This document shows, piece by piece, positions 34,124 to 42,364 of a stretch of 64,000 nt of DNA. The notes below the pieces were generated by a model. The model saw nothing but the letters and a program-made list of their open reading frames with translations, did no database searches and was not told the DNA's origin. The translations under genes were made by a program, and so were the position numbers. The DNA is from a virus: positions 1 through 64,000 of IMG/VR virus record IMGVR_UViG_3300020469_003050; one strand, given 5' to 3'. How positions within the stretch are numbered: the first letter of the stretch is position 1; the number at the start of each line of letters is the position of its first letter.

Positions 34124-34363
34124 ATGGAAGTAAAAGATAAAGTGTATGAAATAACTGCACGAAAAATGAAACGGCAGGTCTCTGACTTGAATGATGATAC
34201 CAATCTAAAGAAAGATTTGGGTGCTGATAGTATCGATACAGTTGAAATTGTATTTGAAGTAGAAGAATTCTATAAAATTGCTATTCCAGATGAATACGCA
34301 GAAACTATCAATACTATTGGTGATGCAGTCAAGTGTGTAGAGGATATGCTAAAAAATCAATAG
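34124..34363 (+). CDS. acyl carrier protein
   Basis: 79 aa. Phosphopantetheine-attachment motif LGADSIDTVEIVFEVEEFY (compare AcpP LGADSLDTVELVMALEEEF). Confidence 0.85.
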   Translation: MEVKDKVYEITARKMKRQVSDLNDDTNLKKDLGADSIDTVEIVFEVEEFYKIAIPDEYAETINTIGDAVKCVEDMLKNQ

Positions 34364-34372
34364 GATGATATT

Positions 34373-34825
34373 ATGTCGAAAACTCTAAGGTGGTGGTTGT
34401 TCTTTTGTATATCACTAACAATCATGGGAATATCTCATTATTTCGGATTGTTTTATGAATTATATGAAAAGGACGTAACTAAGATTAGCTTTGGTATCAT
34501 AGGCTTGTATATATTTACAAGTTTGTATATCGGTAAGTTAACGATGGATTATAAAGAAGGTGAAAACATCGATTCCGGATTAGGTGTCGGTTGGTTCATA
34601 TCAGAAAGTATGTTGGCGTTAGGTATGATAGGTACCGTAGCAGGATTTATTCTGATGTTAGGTTCAAGTTTTGAAGGATTAGATGTAGATGATACTGCAA
34701 GTCTAAAAGAAACTCTAACAGATATGGCTATGGGTATGAGTACTGCATTGTATACGACACTTACGGGTCTTATATTCAGTCAGTTTACTAAGATACAGTT
34801 AGTCAACCTTGAGAGTCGTGACTGA
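34373..34825 (+). CDS. MotA/TolQ/ExbB-family proton-channel protein (minimal, 150 aa)
   Basis: Three TM segments. Family signatures: LGMIGTVAGFILM and MSTALYTTLTGLIFSQF. Confidence 0.7.
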   Translation: MSKTLRWWLFFCISLTIMGISHYFGLFYELYEKDVTKISFGIIGLYIFTSLYIGKLTMDYKEGENIDSGLGVGWFISESMLALGMIGTVAGFILMLGSSFEGLDVDDTASLKETLTDMAMGMSTALYTTLTGLIFSQFTKIQLVNLESRD

Positions 34826-35460
34826 TGAACAAAAACAAATACAAAAGCACAGTAGGATTTACAGACTTACTATTCAATCTATTAGTAGGTTTCGTATTTT
34901 TATTCATAATCGCTTTTATATTAATCAATCCAATAACTAAAAAAGCAGATGTACCTAAAAAAGCAGAGTACATGATTGTAATTGAATGGCCTACAGTAGT
35001 AACGGATGATATTGACTTATGGGTTAAAGATCCTGCAGGCAATACAGTTTCTTTTATAAAGAAAGAAAATGGTTTTATGAATCTTGAAAAAGATGATTTG
35101 GGACATTCAAATGATACGACTGTAGATGAATACGGTAATAGAAAAGTAATTTATATCAATAGAGAAGTAATCACATTACGTGGTATTATAAAAGGAAGAT
35201 ATCAAGTAGCCGCTCACGTATATGCAATGAGACCTTGGGAAGTAAAAAAGAATATTGAAAAGAAAGATTTGATAATTAAAGTAAAAGTTATTAAAATAAA
35301 TCCTTATAGAGAAGTATACATTGGTGAGAAAAACTACGAATTTAAAGGTCAACAAATACCATTAGTTAACTTTTGGCTAGACAAAGATGGGAAATTTGTT
35401 AAATACAATACGTTAGATAATAATATCATAACGAGAAAGGCAAGTAGCGGCGGACTTTAA
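34825..35460 (+). CDS. single-TM protein in the ExbD/TolR position, with a beta-rich periplasmic domain
   Basis: 211 aa. The N-terminal GFTDLLFNLLVGFVFLFIIAFIL resembles the ExbD/TolR TM. The ectodomain contains DIDLWVKDPAGNTVSF. ATGA-type coupling (TGATG) to the channel gene. Confidence 0.45.
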   Translation: MNKNKYKSTVGFTDLLFNLLVGFVFLFIIAFILINPITKKADVPKKAEYMIVIEWPTVVTDDIDLWVKDPAGNTVSFIKKENGFMNLEKDDLGHSNDTTVDEYGNRKVIYINREVITLRGIIKGRYQVAAHVYAMRPWEVKKNIEKKDLIIKVKVIKINPYREVYIGEKNYEFKGQQIPLVNFWLDKDGKFVKYNTLDNNIITRKASSGGL

Positions 35461-35484
35461 TCCGCTCATACATGGAGACGTTAA

Positions 35485-36186
35485 ATGTTATATTCAGTAG
35501 AGTTAGCACCATTATTCATTTCGATGTTCTTTTTGGCATGTGTTATTCTTTGGTTTGCAATAAAAAATCACAGAAACGCATTACTACTAGGACTGGTTAT
35601 ACCTTTAACACTGGCAACTGTAGTTATTAGCTACATGTCGGTAGATAGAATACTAGGTTATCCTATCAATGCAAATATAAAGCCAGACTCAGTTTATCTT
35701 TCTCACTTAGAATCACCTGACAGTAAAAGTATATATGTATGGATAGTTGAACCAGGAAGTGACAAACCACGTGCAGTAACTATACCAAATACCAAAAATA
35801 ATAAAAAACAAATGCAAGATGCTAAAAATAAAACAGAAGAAGGCATCAAGCAACAAATGGCACCAGTATCTGAAATTTTAAATGAAGCTGAAATGAAAGG
35901 TAGAGGTATGACAAAAGGTGGTGAGTTTGCTACATATGATTTTAGAATAGGTGGTGGAAGTTTAAAAGGTATTAATCCTAGATTAGGTCTCCCTCCAGAA
36001 GAAGATCCTGATGAAGAACAAAAACAAAACCCTCCTCCAAATGTAAGTGCATTAGATTTTGAAACTGATGAATCAGTTGCAATGGCCCAGCCAGTAGTTC
36101 CTTATTCAGACTTACCAGAAATGCCTGTCGATACAGATGATGCGACAAATATTGACCACTCAGTAGATGAACATACTGATTTTTAG
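35485..36186 (+). CDS. two-TM membrane protein with acidic C-terminal tail
   Basis: 233 aa. TMs near residues 8-27 and 34-53. The C-terminus is Pro/Asp/Glu-rich. Confidence 0.6.
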   Translation: MLYSVELAPLFISMFFLACVILWFAIKNHRNALLLGLVIPLTLATVVISYMSVDRILGYPINANIKPDSVYLSHLESPDSKSIYVWIVEPGSDKPRAVTIPNTKNNKKQMQDAKNKTEEGIKQQMAPVSEILNEAEMKGRGMTKGGEFATYDFRIGGGSLKGINPRLGLPPEEDPDEEQKQNPPPNVSALDFETDESVAMAQPVVPYSDLPEMPVDTDDATNIDHSVDEHTDF

Positions 36187-36188
36187 CA

Positions 36189-36217
36189 TTGACACTGCAA
36201 CGAATCTGTGTTATTAT
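36189..36217 (+). promoter_or_regulatory. sigma70-type promoter with extended -10
   Basis: TTGACA (36189-36194), 17 nt, TATTAT (36212-36217) preceded by TGt. The spacer contains CGAATCTGTG, as in the 48.2/48.9 kb promoters. Confidence 0.6.
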
Positions 36218-36255
36218 TATTAACAATGAGAAAACATTTTACGAGGCGTTCAGGT

Positions 36256-36411
36256 ATGTATCAACTAAACTTAAAAGAACTTTCAGTAAAAGAATTACTA
36301 AAAGAATTTTACAGAATACGACATAAAGGTTCACCTTCACACGAAGATTTAATGAAGTGGCTGGAAGTCTATTCCGAACTATCTTATCGGAAAATTAAAA
36401 TAGAAGAATAA
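36256..36411 (+). CDS. small hypothetical protein
   Basis: ORF track start 36208 lies inside the promoter. ATG 36256 (MYQLNLKEL) follows GAGG. ATG 36226 is also possible. Confidence 0.45.
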   Translation: MYQLNLKELSVKELLKEFYRIRHKGSPSHEDLMKWLEVYSELSYRKIKIEE

Positions 36412-36419
36412 ATATATGT

Positions 36420-36689
36420 ATGTTATACGTCATACTATTCTTTTGTGGAGTTTTAGTTGCTATGGTTATTAGTGCAGTTTGGATGCATGAAAAATCATAT
36501 AGTATACCTAAAATTGCACCTGATCCAATGGAACAAAGAGTAGCAGATATCAAAAATAGAATCGAAGCAGTACAAGAGAAATTCAAATCACCTACTTTAA
36601 AAGAAATAGAAAAACAATCTACGCAACAACATCGAAATGCAGAAATGGATGAAATGCGAAGAAAGTTAATGCCAAAAAGTGTTTCTTGA
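36420..36689 (+). CDS. small membrane-anchored protein
   Basis: 89 aa. N-terminal TM (VILFFCGVLVAMVISAVW). Confidence 0.6.
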   Translation: MLYVILFFCGVLVAMVISAVWMHEKSYSIPKIAPDPMEQRVADIKNRIEAVQEKFKSPTLKEIEKQSTQQHRNAEMDEMRRKLMPKSVS

Positions 36690-36799
36690 AATCTACGTTC
36701 AGTAATGAACATATAAGACAAGAGCGGGTTGTTACGAAATAAACACGTAAGGGGTCACGGTTAGCCCCTTAAGATAAATATACACGTAGTTAATAATGT

Positions 36800-36874
36800 G
36801 CTGATGTGGCTCAACGGTAGAGCAACTGATTTGTAATCAGTAGGTTGGAGGTTCGATTCCTTTCATCAGCACCA
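36800..36874 (+). tRNA. trnT: tRNA-Thr (anticodon UGU)
   Basis: Acceptor GCTGATG/CATCAGC. D arm GCTC-AACGGTA-GAGC. Anticodon arm ACTGA-TTTGTAA-TCAGT. T loop TTCGATT. Encoded ACCA. Confidence 0.9.
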
Positions 36875-36892
36875 CAACAAGAAAGGTAAATA

Positions 36893-37111
36893 ATGAAGCC
36901 AGGCGAAGCAATAATCCTAGCCGCACGTAAACAAGCGGAAGGTGAAATAGCGGTTCATCTAGCAAACATACAAGTCTATCAAACTATGCCAGCAGGTATT
37001 GGTGAACATTCAGATGTTACCGAGGCAGTGATTGAAGAACTTAATAAACTAGCGGCCGCTTATGACAGATTAGAAATGATTGAAAAATATTTCACAACTA
37101 AATCTGAATAA
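36893..37111 (+). CDS. hypothetical protein between two tRNA genes
   Basis: 72-aa ORF. RBS AAAGG upstream. Confidence 0.55.
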   Translation: MKPGEAIILAARKQAEGEIAVHLANIQVYQTMPAGIGEHSDVTEAVIEELNKLAAAYDRLEMIEKYFTTKSE

Positions 37112-37120
37112 CAAAATTTA

Positions 37121-37204
37121 GCCCATGTGGTGAAATTGGTAGACACGCAGGTTTTAGGTACCTGTTCTTACGGAGTGGGGGTTCAAGTCCCTCCATGGGC
37201 ACCA
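37121..37204 (+). tRNA. trnL: tRNA-Leu (anticodon UAG), long variable arm
   Basis: Acceptor GCCCATG/CATGGGC. Anticodon arm CAGGT-TTTAGGT-ACCTG. Long variable arm. T arm GGGGG-TTCAAGT-CCCTC. Encoded ACCA. Confidence 0.9.
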
Positions 37205-37238
37205 TCTTTAGACTTAACTTAATATAAGGAAAAACTAA

Positions 37239-37703
37239 ATGAAACTTAATACACTTACCACCGGATTAATATATCCTGCATTATATTTTGCTATGTTTAT
37301 AGCATTGTTTGTAGTGCCTGCATTCGCAGATGATATGACTATCGAAATGTTGAACAAACGTGACGATGGTGCTAAGATGGTTTACAGTGAGGATATCGCA
37401 AACATTGACGTAGGCGATACAATTACTTGGGTACCAACATCAAAAGGTCATAATGTACAATTCATTGCTGGACCAGATGGTTGGGATATTCCAAAGAAAT
37501 CAAAAAACAACAAAGAAGTTGCAATCACTTTTGACGTACCAGGCGTATATCTATATCAGTGTACACCACATGCAACAATGGGTATGATTGCTATTGTAAT
37601 GGTAGCAGAAGGTGGCGAAGTCCCACTAAATGATATCAGCAAAGCAAAGGTCAGAGGCAAGAGCAAAAAGAAACTAAAAGAATTGCTTGATGAACTATCT
37701 TAA
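37239..37703 (+). CDS. pseudoazurin-like type-1 blue copper protein
   Basis: 154 aa. Signal peptide ...FVVPAFA-DD. Cupredoxin ligand pattern: GHNV (His) and YQCTPHATMGMIAIVMV (Cys-x2-His-x4-Met, pseudoazurin spacing). Confidence 0.8.
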   Translation: MKLNTLTTGLIYPALYFAMFIALFVVPAFADDMTIEMLNKRDDGAKMVYSEDIANIDVGDTITWVPTSKGHNVQFIAGPDGWDIPKKSKNNKEVAITFDVPGVYLYQCTPHATMGMIAIVMVAEGGEVPLNDISKAKVRGKSKKKLKELLDELS

Positions 37704-38103
37704 ACGCATAAGTGAAAAACTACCGGAGTTCTGTTTGTCTCATTGGCTATACAGAATTCCCTTAGCCATTGTGTTTATTCAACAAGGTCTAAGTAAGTTT
37801 CCAGTAACATTGGAAGGGGCTGAGTCTTTTGACTTGCCCTACATTGTTTGGTGGGTTGTTGCTTATGGGGAACTAGGCGCAGGTCTAGGTCTACTCGTAG
37901 GCGGAGCATTCAACACAGATTATATACGTTGGATAGGAGACCTAATTACACGTTTCTCAGGTATTACAATCTGTTGTATAATGACAGGTGTTATCTGGGT
38001 AGGCGAACCTGAAAGTCTACTAGACGTAATTCTATATGATAACTTTCACGTATTTCTATGGGTAGGTGGGTTATTCTTTGCACTAAGAGGTAATAGAGGC
38101 TAA
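37690..38103 (+). CDS. DoxX-like integral membrane protein (tentative)
   Basis: 137 aa, four hydrophobic segments. The N-terminal LYRIPLAIVFIQQGLSKF resembles the DoxX signature. Confidence 0.45.
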   Translation: MNYLKRISEKLPEFCLSHWLYRIPLAIVFIQQGLSKFPVTLEGAESFDLPYIVWWVVAYGELGAGLGLLVGGAFNTDYIRWIGDLITRFSGITICCIMTGVIWVGEPESLLDVILYDNFHVFLWVGGLFFALRGNRG

Positions 38104-38112
38104 ATAGAATGT

Positions 38113-38403
38113 ATGGCGAGAATTGGACGTAAACGGGTCCTGCAATGGATCAAAGAAGACTACAACACTAACCCGATAAGATTTACTACAGAGGTTAGTG
38201 GGATGACCTTAAACTTAATGGCCGCAATAATATTAATGTGGTACAGCCCAAATCCTCCAATGTTTTGGGCTTACATTTTCTTCATACTAGCTAGTGGATT
38301 ATTAATGGTGGCGGCTTTTAGTCGTAAATCATTTGGATTTACTTTTATGTATATCGTTTATTTGATGATAGATGGTATAGGTTTTCTAAAAACTCTAATT
38401 TGA
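38113..38403 (+). CDS. small membrane protein
   Basis: 96 aa, three hydrophobic segments. Last gene of the + strand block; its stop abuts the stop of a minus-strand ORF. Confidence 0.6.
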   Translation: MARIGRKRVLQWIKEDYNTNPIRFTTEVSGMTLNLMAAIILMWYSPNPPMFWAYIFFILASGLLMVAAFSRKSFGFTFMYIVYLMIDGIGFLKTLI

Positions 38404-38574
38404 TTATTTTTTCTTAGCGACTGAACCCTTGTTCCGTCCTTTTTTTATAACGTAGTCTTGTGTGCCATTTGCACCGGTCTCTACTTCTTTTCTTAAAAAT
38501 CTTGCAAGTAATTTTTCTTTTGTATCACGTAATACTTTAGCAGTGTATCCTGTAAGTGATTTAGTATCTCTCAT
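38404..38574 (-). CDS. small basic protein (56 aa), not in the ORF track
   Basis: ATG at 38574 (minus) preceded by AAGGA. Reads MRDTKSLTGYTAKVLRDTKEKLLARFLRKEVETGANGTQDYVIKKGRNKGSVAKKK, stop at 38404-38406. It fills the gap at the 3' end of the minus operon. Confidence 0.45.
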   Translation of the reverse strand: MRDTKSLTGYTAKVLRDTKEKLLARFLRKEVETGANGTQDYVIKKGRNKGSVAKKK

Positions 38575-38586
38575 AAATTCCTTGTA

Positions 38587-38856
38587 TTAATCTTCATCGT
38601 ATGTGGTAACACCTGAACGATTAGCACCACTAGTATCTCTTTCATTAATATCAGACATTTCTTGTCTAAACGCAACACAGTCTGCCTCTGTTGCAAAAGA
38701 GATTTTAGTGTACTCTCCGCCTAGACTTGATAAAATATCTCTTTCTAGTATTTTACCTTCATCTACATAACGGTCATAAATTACCTGTGCTTCATCTGAG
38801 CATTGGTTACCGTTCTCGTTAGTACCTTCATTTTTAAATCTTAGTATATGTGGCAT
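38587..38856 (-). CDS. hypothetical acidic protein
   Basis: 89-aa ORF. RBS AGGGAG upstream. Confidence 0.6.
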   Translation of the reverse strand: MPHILRFKNEGTNENGNQCSDEAQVIYDRYVDEGKILERDILSSLGGEYTKISFATEADCVAFRQEMSDINERDTSGANRSGVTTYDED

Positions 38857-38890
38857 CTTTATCTCCCTAATATACTACTATTTATCTATT

Positions 38891-39310
38891 TTATGCTACA
38901 GTGATAGCAAAACGCCAATCTGTAATATTTCTTACTGTATGATGTGTGTTTACTGACAGTTTATACCATTCTTCTTTAGGTAAAATGACAGTATCTATTG
39001 GATTTTGTGAAGTTTTTTCTTCAAACCAGCATGTCTCAACATTATCTCCTCCTGGAGATATGATATAGTTTATTGCAAAATCTCTGCCTCTATCGATATG
39101 CACTGGTATATCTTCTGTTAATGTTTGATATCTAAACTTAGTACAATCGGGGAATAAGGGTTGTAGATATTCTCTTAACTCAGATTGACATTCATGTATT
39201 GTATAATTCTTACTTTTACCACCAAATATATTTTCAAGTTTTAATACTTCATACATTGGTAATATTAAATTATCTGGTACCTTTGGTAAGTCTAATTTGG
39301 TGTAGTTCAT
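38891..39310 (-). CDS. cupin / 2OG-Fe(II)-oxygenase-like protein (tentative)
   Basis: 139 aa. HxD...H pattern: IPVHIDRGRDFAINY ... NTHHTVRNI. Overlaps the upstream gene by 4 nt. Confidence 0.4.
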   Translation of the reverse strand: MNYTKLDLPKVPDNLILPMYEVLKLENIFGGKSKNYTIHECQSELREYLQPLFPDCTKFRYQTLTEDIPVHIDRGRDFAINYIISPGGDNVETCWFEEKTSQNPIDTVILPKEEWYKLSVNTHHTVRNITDWRFAITVA

Positions 39311-39987
39311 AATAGTAACTCTTTCAACGTTGGTATACTATCAGTGCTTAATGAAATAAAAAATTGATATACGTTATCACCGATAGAACTTGCATCATGT
39401 ATTACATGTGTATCTGTTATATATAATCTACCTGCTTCTATATCTTTTTCTCTTACTAAATCATATGATAGATTACCCTCTGCCACTTCTCTTGGACTGG
39501 CTGTTTTTCTATCTTTATCAAATTGAAATATCATATTATCTGGATCATTGGTTCCCCATAGTCTAATAATATCACTAGGTATTTTAGTATCTGTATGTGG
39601 TTTAAAATGTCCAGTAGTATGCCACTTTAATATAGCACTTCTATACATAAAAGGTTTAATTGGTTCAAGAGGATCAAAGCATGATTCTGATAACATTGGA
39701 GTAGGTGAAGTACATTTCGGGTCACGTACTTTATCTTCTTCTTTCTTTCCTTCGTTCCATTGATTTAATGGATAACATATAGGTTCTGGATTGTTGAACA
39801 TATCTCCGTTTAAATTAACGAGAGGAGCTCCATATCTTGGATATTCAGTGTGTTTAGTACCCCAACGTCTAAATGCATATCTGTATTCATGCATTTGTTC
39901 TTCAAACAAATTTACATCAATTTTCATATCAAGAGGTTGTAATACAGTTGGATGAAACTTATTATATTCTTCTAGTCCTAATGACAT
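39307..39987 (-). CDS. cupin / Asp-Asn-beta-hydroxylase-like 2OG oxygenase (tentative)
   Basis: 226 aa. HFKPHTDTK ... LYITDTHVIHDASS fits the H-x-D ... H facial triad spacing of the family. Confidence 0.4.
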   Translation of the reverse strand: MSLGLEEYNKFHPTVLQPLDMKIDVNLFEEQMHEYRYAFRRWGTKHTEYPRYGAPLVNLNGDMFNNPEPICYPLNQWNEGKKEEDKVRDPKCTSPTPMLSESCFDPLEPIKPFMYRSAILKWHTTGHFKPHTDTKIPSDIIRLWGTNDPDNMIFQFDKDRKTASPREVAEGNLSYDLVREKDIEAGRLYITDTHVIHDASSIGDNVYQFFISLSTDSIPTLKELLL

Positions 39988-40002
39988 TTCGTGTCCTTTA
40001 CA

Positions 40003-40590
40003 TTAATAGTAACCGAAAGCCCAATACTTCTCTTTACACCACCAACATTCTTTACATGGTCTAGGCAGACTTTCACTTTCACAACTGATAGTTAAGTTTG
40101 CTAGGTCTTGTAAATTATGTTCGTTATATAATTCTGCTACCGTTTGTTTAGTACTATTTATAAACGGACGATAATGATATACCCCATGTGATGAGATTAC
40201 TCTAATTTCTCGCTTTTTGTCTCTACTTTCATCACGTCCTTCTGTCATTAATTCAGAGGGATTAAGTGTCATACCAGTTAAGATACCTGATGCTTGATGT
40301 TTATTAATAAGTCTATCTCTAGTTTTGGTTCTGTTGTTTCGTGCTTCATTTCTGTCTTTATAGTATCCAATATAATGTTCTTCAATTCTGTTTGGAAATC
40401 TTGCATGTAACCAATTCGTAATTGCTATTACATTAAATAGATTATAGTAATTTAAAGATTGATGACATACACTACTTAAGACCAGCTTTGTATTTGGTAA
40501 CTCTTTTAGAACTAGATAAGAGAGCAACGCACTATCAAGTCCGCCACTCAACATCATTACATATGTTCCAGAGTTAGGTATGTCTTTCAT
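40003..40590 (-). CDS. PP-loop ATP pyrophosphatase, QueC-like
   Basis: 195 aa. N-terminal PP-loop VMMLSGGLDSALLSY. C-terminal Cys cluster SCESESLPRPCKECWWCKEK, similar to the QueC zinc site. Confidence 0.7.
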   Translation of the reverse strand: MKDIPNSGTYVMMLSGGLDSALLSYLVLKELPNTKLVLSSVCHQSLNYYNLFNVIAITNWLHARFPNRIEEHYIGYYKDRNEARNNRTKTRDRLINKHQASGILTGMTLNPSELMTEGRDESRDKKREIRVISSHGVYHYRPFINSTKQTVAELYNEHNLQDLANLTISCESESLPRPCKECWWCKEKYWAFGYY

Positions 40591-41291
40591 TATTTTATAC
40601 CAGTAAAACTACGATGTACTGTGTTATCCAGAACTTTTTTATAATCTTTGTTCTTAGTTAAATCTTTCAATTTAGAATCTTGTGAAATTAATTCTTCTTC
40701 ACTTCTAAATTCAGATGGTAGACCAAGTTTTTCAAACACTTCATATATTGATAGTTGTTGTAAATCAAAGAAGTTTTCTATATTTGTATTTTCTATATTA
40801 ATTTGTTTAATCATACGTGCATCATTTTCGTACCAATCATAATGTGGATACGATATATCCCAACCACCTACTTTGTTTCTCCACCAATCAAAACAAAAAT
40901 CAGATGGCATATACACAGCCATAATCTTTGATTTTGGAAATAAGTCTTGTAGTAAAGGAAGATGATATGCAAACCAATGACTTTTTATTATCTTAACACC
41001 ATAGTTAAAATCTTTATATGGCTTTTTGAATTCTTTTATAATTTCATCTTTTGTCATATCTTGTAGATTATCAAATCTTTGACCTTGATTATGATATGGA
41101 CCCCAATAAGCACCTCGATGCCAACCATACTGTTTTGTTTTACCATTAGGTGTAACATAGTCTCTGGCGTATTCTAGTTCGCTTCTTTCATCACTAATAT
41201 TAATATTTGGATTAGTACTAATAGCACGTAAGGTGCCACTCCATCTACTTCCAGGAGCACCCGTTGCCAATATTAAATCTTGTCCGTCCAT
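40590..41291 (-). CDS. P-loop / sulfotransferase-fold protein, paralog A
   Basis: 233 aa. ATGAPGSRWS near the N-terminus. IIKSHWFAYHLPLLQDLFPKSKIMAVYMPSDFCFDWW fits the sulfotransferase pattern (sH....l...fP.aKiI...R.P.d...S). Confidence 0.5.
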   Translation of the reverse strand: MDGQDLILATGAPGSRWSGTLRAISTNPNINISDERSELEYARDYVTPNGKTKQYGWHRGAYWGPYHNQGQRFDNLQDMTKDEIIKEFKKPYKDFNYGVKIIKSHWFAYHLPLLQDLFPKSKIMAVYMPSDFCFDWWRNKVGGWDISYPHYDWYENDARMIKQINIENTNIENFFDLQQLSIYEVFEKLGLPSEFRSEEELISQDSKLKDLTKNKDYKKVLDNTVHRSFTGIK

Positions 41292-42364
41292 AATTTTTCT
41301 CTGCTATTGTGTGATAGAACTTTTTTAAGTGCTAGTTTAGAACTTATACCATCGAATTGTAAATTGCAGTGGTCGTTCCCATAGCATATTGTATCTTCTG
41401 GTAATCTCCATAAGAAGTCTATTGCATTTTGATAACTCTGTTTACTTGTCTTTAGTAAGTTACTTGGTATTCTTTTTAATGCTCCGTCCCACCATATTAT
41501 TCCTTGTCCATTAGTATCAATAGAACTAATATCTTTTATATTCATTCTATGCCACTTATGATTTAAACTTTTGTATTTGTTCCAGTGTTCTTGCCATTTG
41601 TCTCCAAAATGATTCTGTACATCTTCCCATACGACTTTCCATTTTCTATCTTCACTAGTAAATTTCTTTCTATTCCAAAGTGACATACTAGGAAATTTAT
41701 TGTTAAGATGTTCTATCCATGATTCAAAATCATTTCCATCCCAATTTTCAATAGTATACTTGTGAACATGAAGACTTATCTTTGAGATATCGACATGATG
41801 TATTACAGACTTCTCATTAAACCCATGATGGTCTAATATACAGTTAATGAAAAATCCACTACTTACTGTTATTGCCCAATCAACTGGCTTAGTTACATTT
41901 CCGTAATTTGGTATTTCATTGTGCATTAGATATGTAATATTACTATCATCAATTAAACTTGTTAAAATGATATCATGGCTATTATAAAATTCTTCTGCAC
42001 TATCTGTGTTTAACTTGTGAATAAACTTTGCTTTTACATGGGTTGTACCTTCGCCCAATGGTTTATGAAACCAAACATCATCACTAAAATGTATATACTC
42101 ATGCTTTGATGCTTCTATCATTTCTTTATAATGATGTTCATATGCACCCCACAAGAATATAGTTCCAGCATTAACAACCATAACAATATCATAGTCATGT
42201 AAGTAAGTGTAACTGTCCATTACATAATAATCAACTTGATTTTCTGTTGGTAATCTATTACATTCTTGATAATCTAAACTTAATTGTGTGTAATTTAGAG
42301 CAATCTTATCGTGGTGTTCATTTCCATTTTTAAGTACAACGATTGCATATTTTAGTTTTGTCAT
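41273..42364 (-). CDS. hypothetical enzyme-sized protein
   Basis: 363-aa ORF inside the operon, His/Trp-rich. No motif I can name. Confidence 0.6.
   Translation of the reverse strand: MTKLKYAIVVLKNGNEHHDKIALNYTQLSLDYQECNRLPTENQVDYYVMDSYTYLHDYDIVMVVNAGTIFLWGAYEHHYKEMIEASKHEYIHFSDDVWFHKPLGEGTTHVKAKFIHKLNTDSAEEFYNSHDIILTSLIDDSNITYLMHNEIPNYGNVTKPVDWAITVSSGFFINCILDHHGFNEKSVIHHVDISKISLHVHKYTIENWDGNDFESWIEHLNNKFPSMSLWNRKKFTSEDRKWKVVWEDVQNHFGDKWQEHWNKYKSLNHKWHRMNIKDISSIDTNGQGIIWWDGALKRIPSNLLKTSKQSYQNAIDFLWRLPEDTICYGNDHCNLQFDGISSKLALKKVLSHNSREKLWTDKI

Noticed and set aside
36748-36771. Hairpin TAAGGGG-N10-CCCCTTA upstream of tRNA-Thr as a terminator, and hairpin GTATAGTT-N11-AACTATAC at 17539-17565
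   Set aside because: Both stems are plausible but lack a following T-tract and have large loops. They could equally be processing sites or chance structures, so I did not list them as features.
40003-40590. Assigning the minus operon to 7-deazaguanine (preQ0/archaeosine-type) DNA modification
   Set aside because: Only the QueC-like PP-loop protein fits. No GTP cyclohydrolase I, QueD, QueE or DpdA/TGT signatures were recognised in the window, and the two radical SAM proteins do not resemble QueE in size or motif layout.
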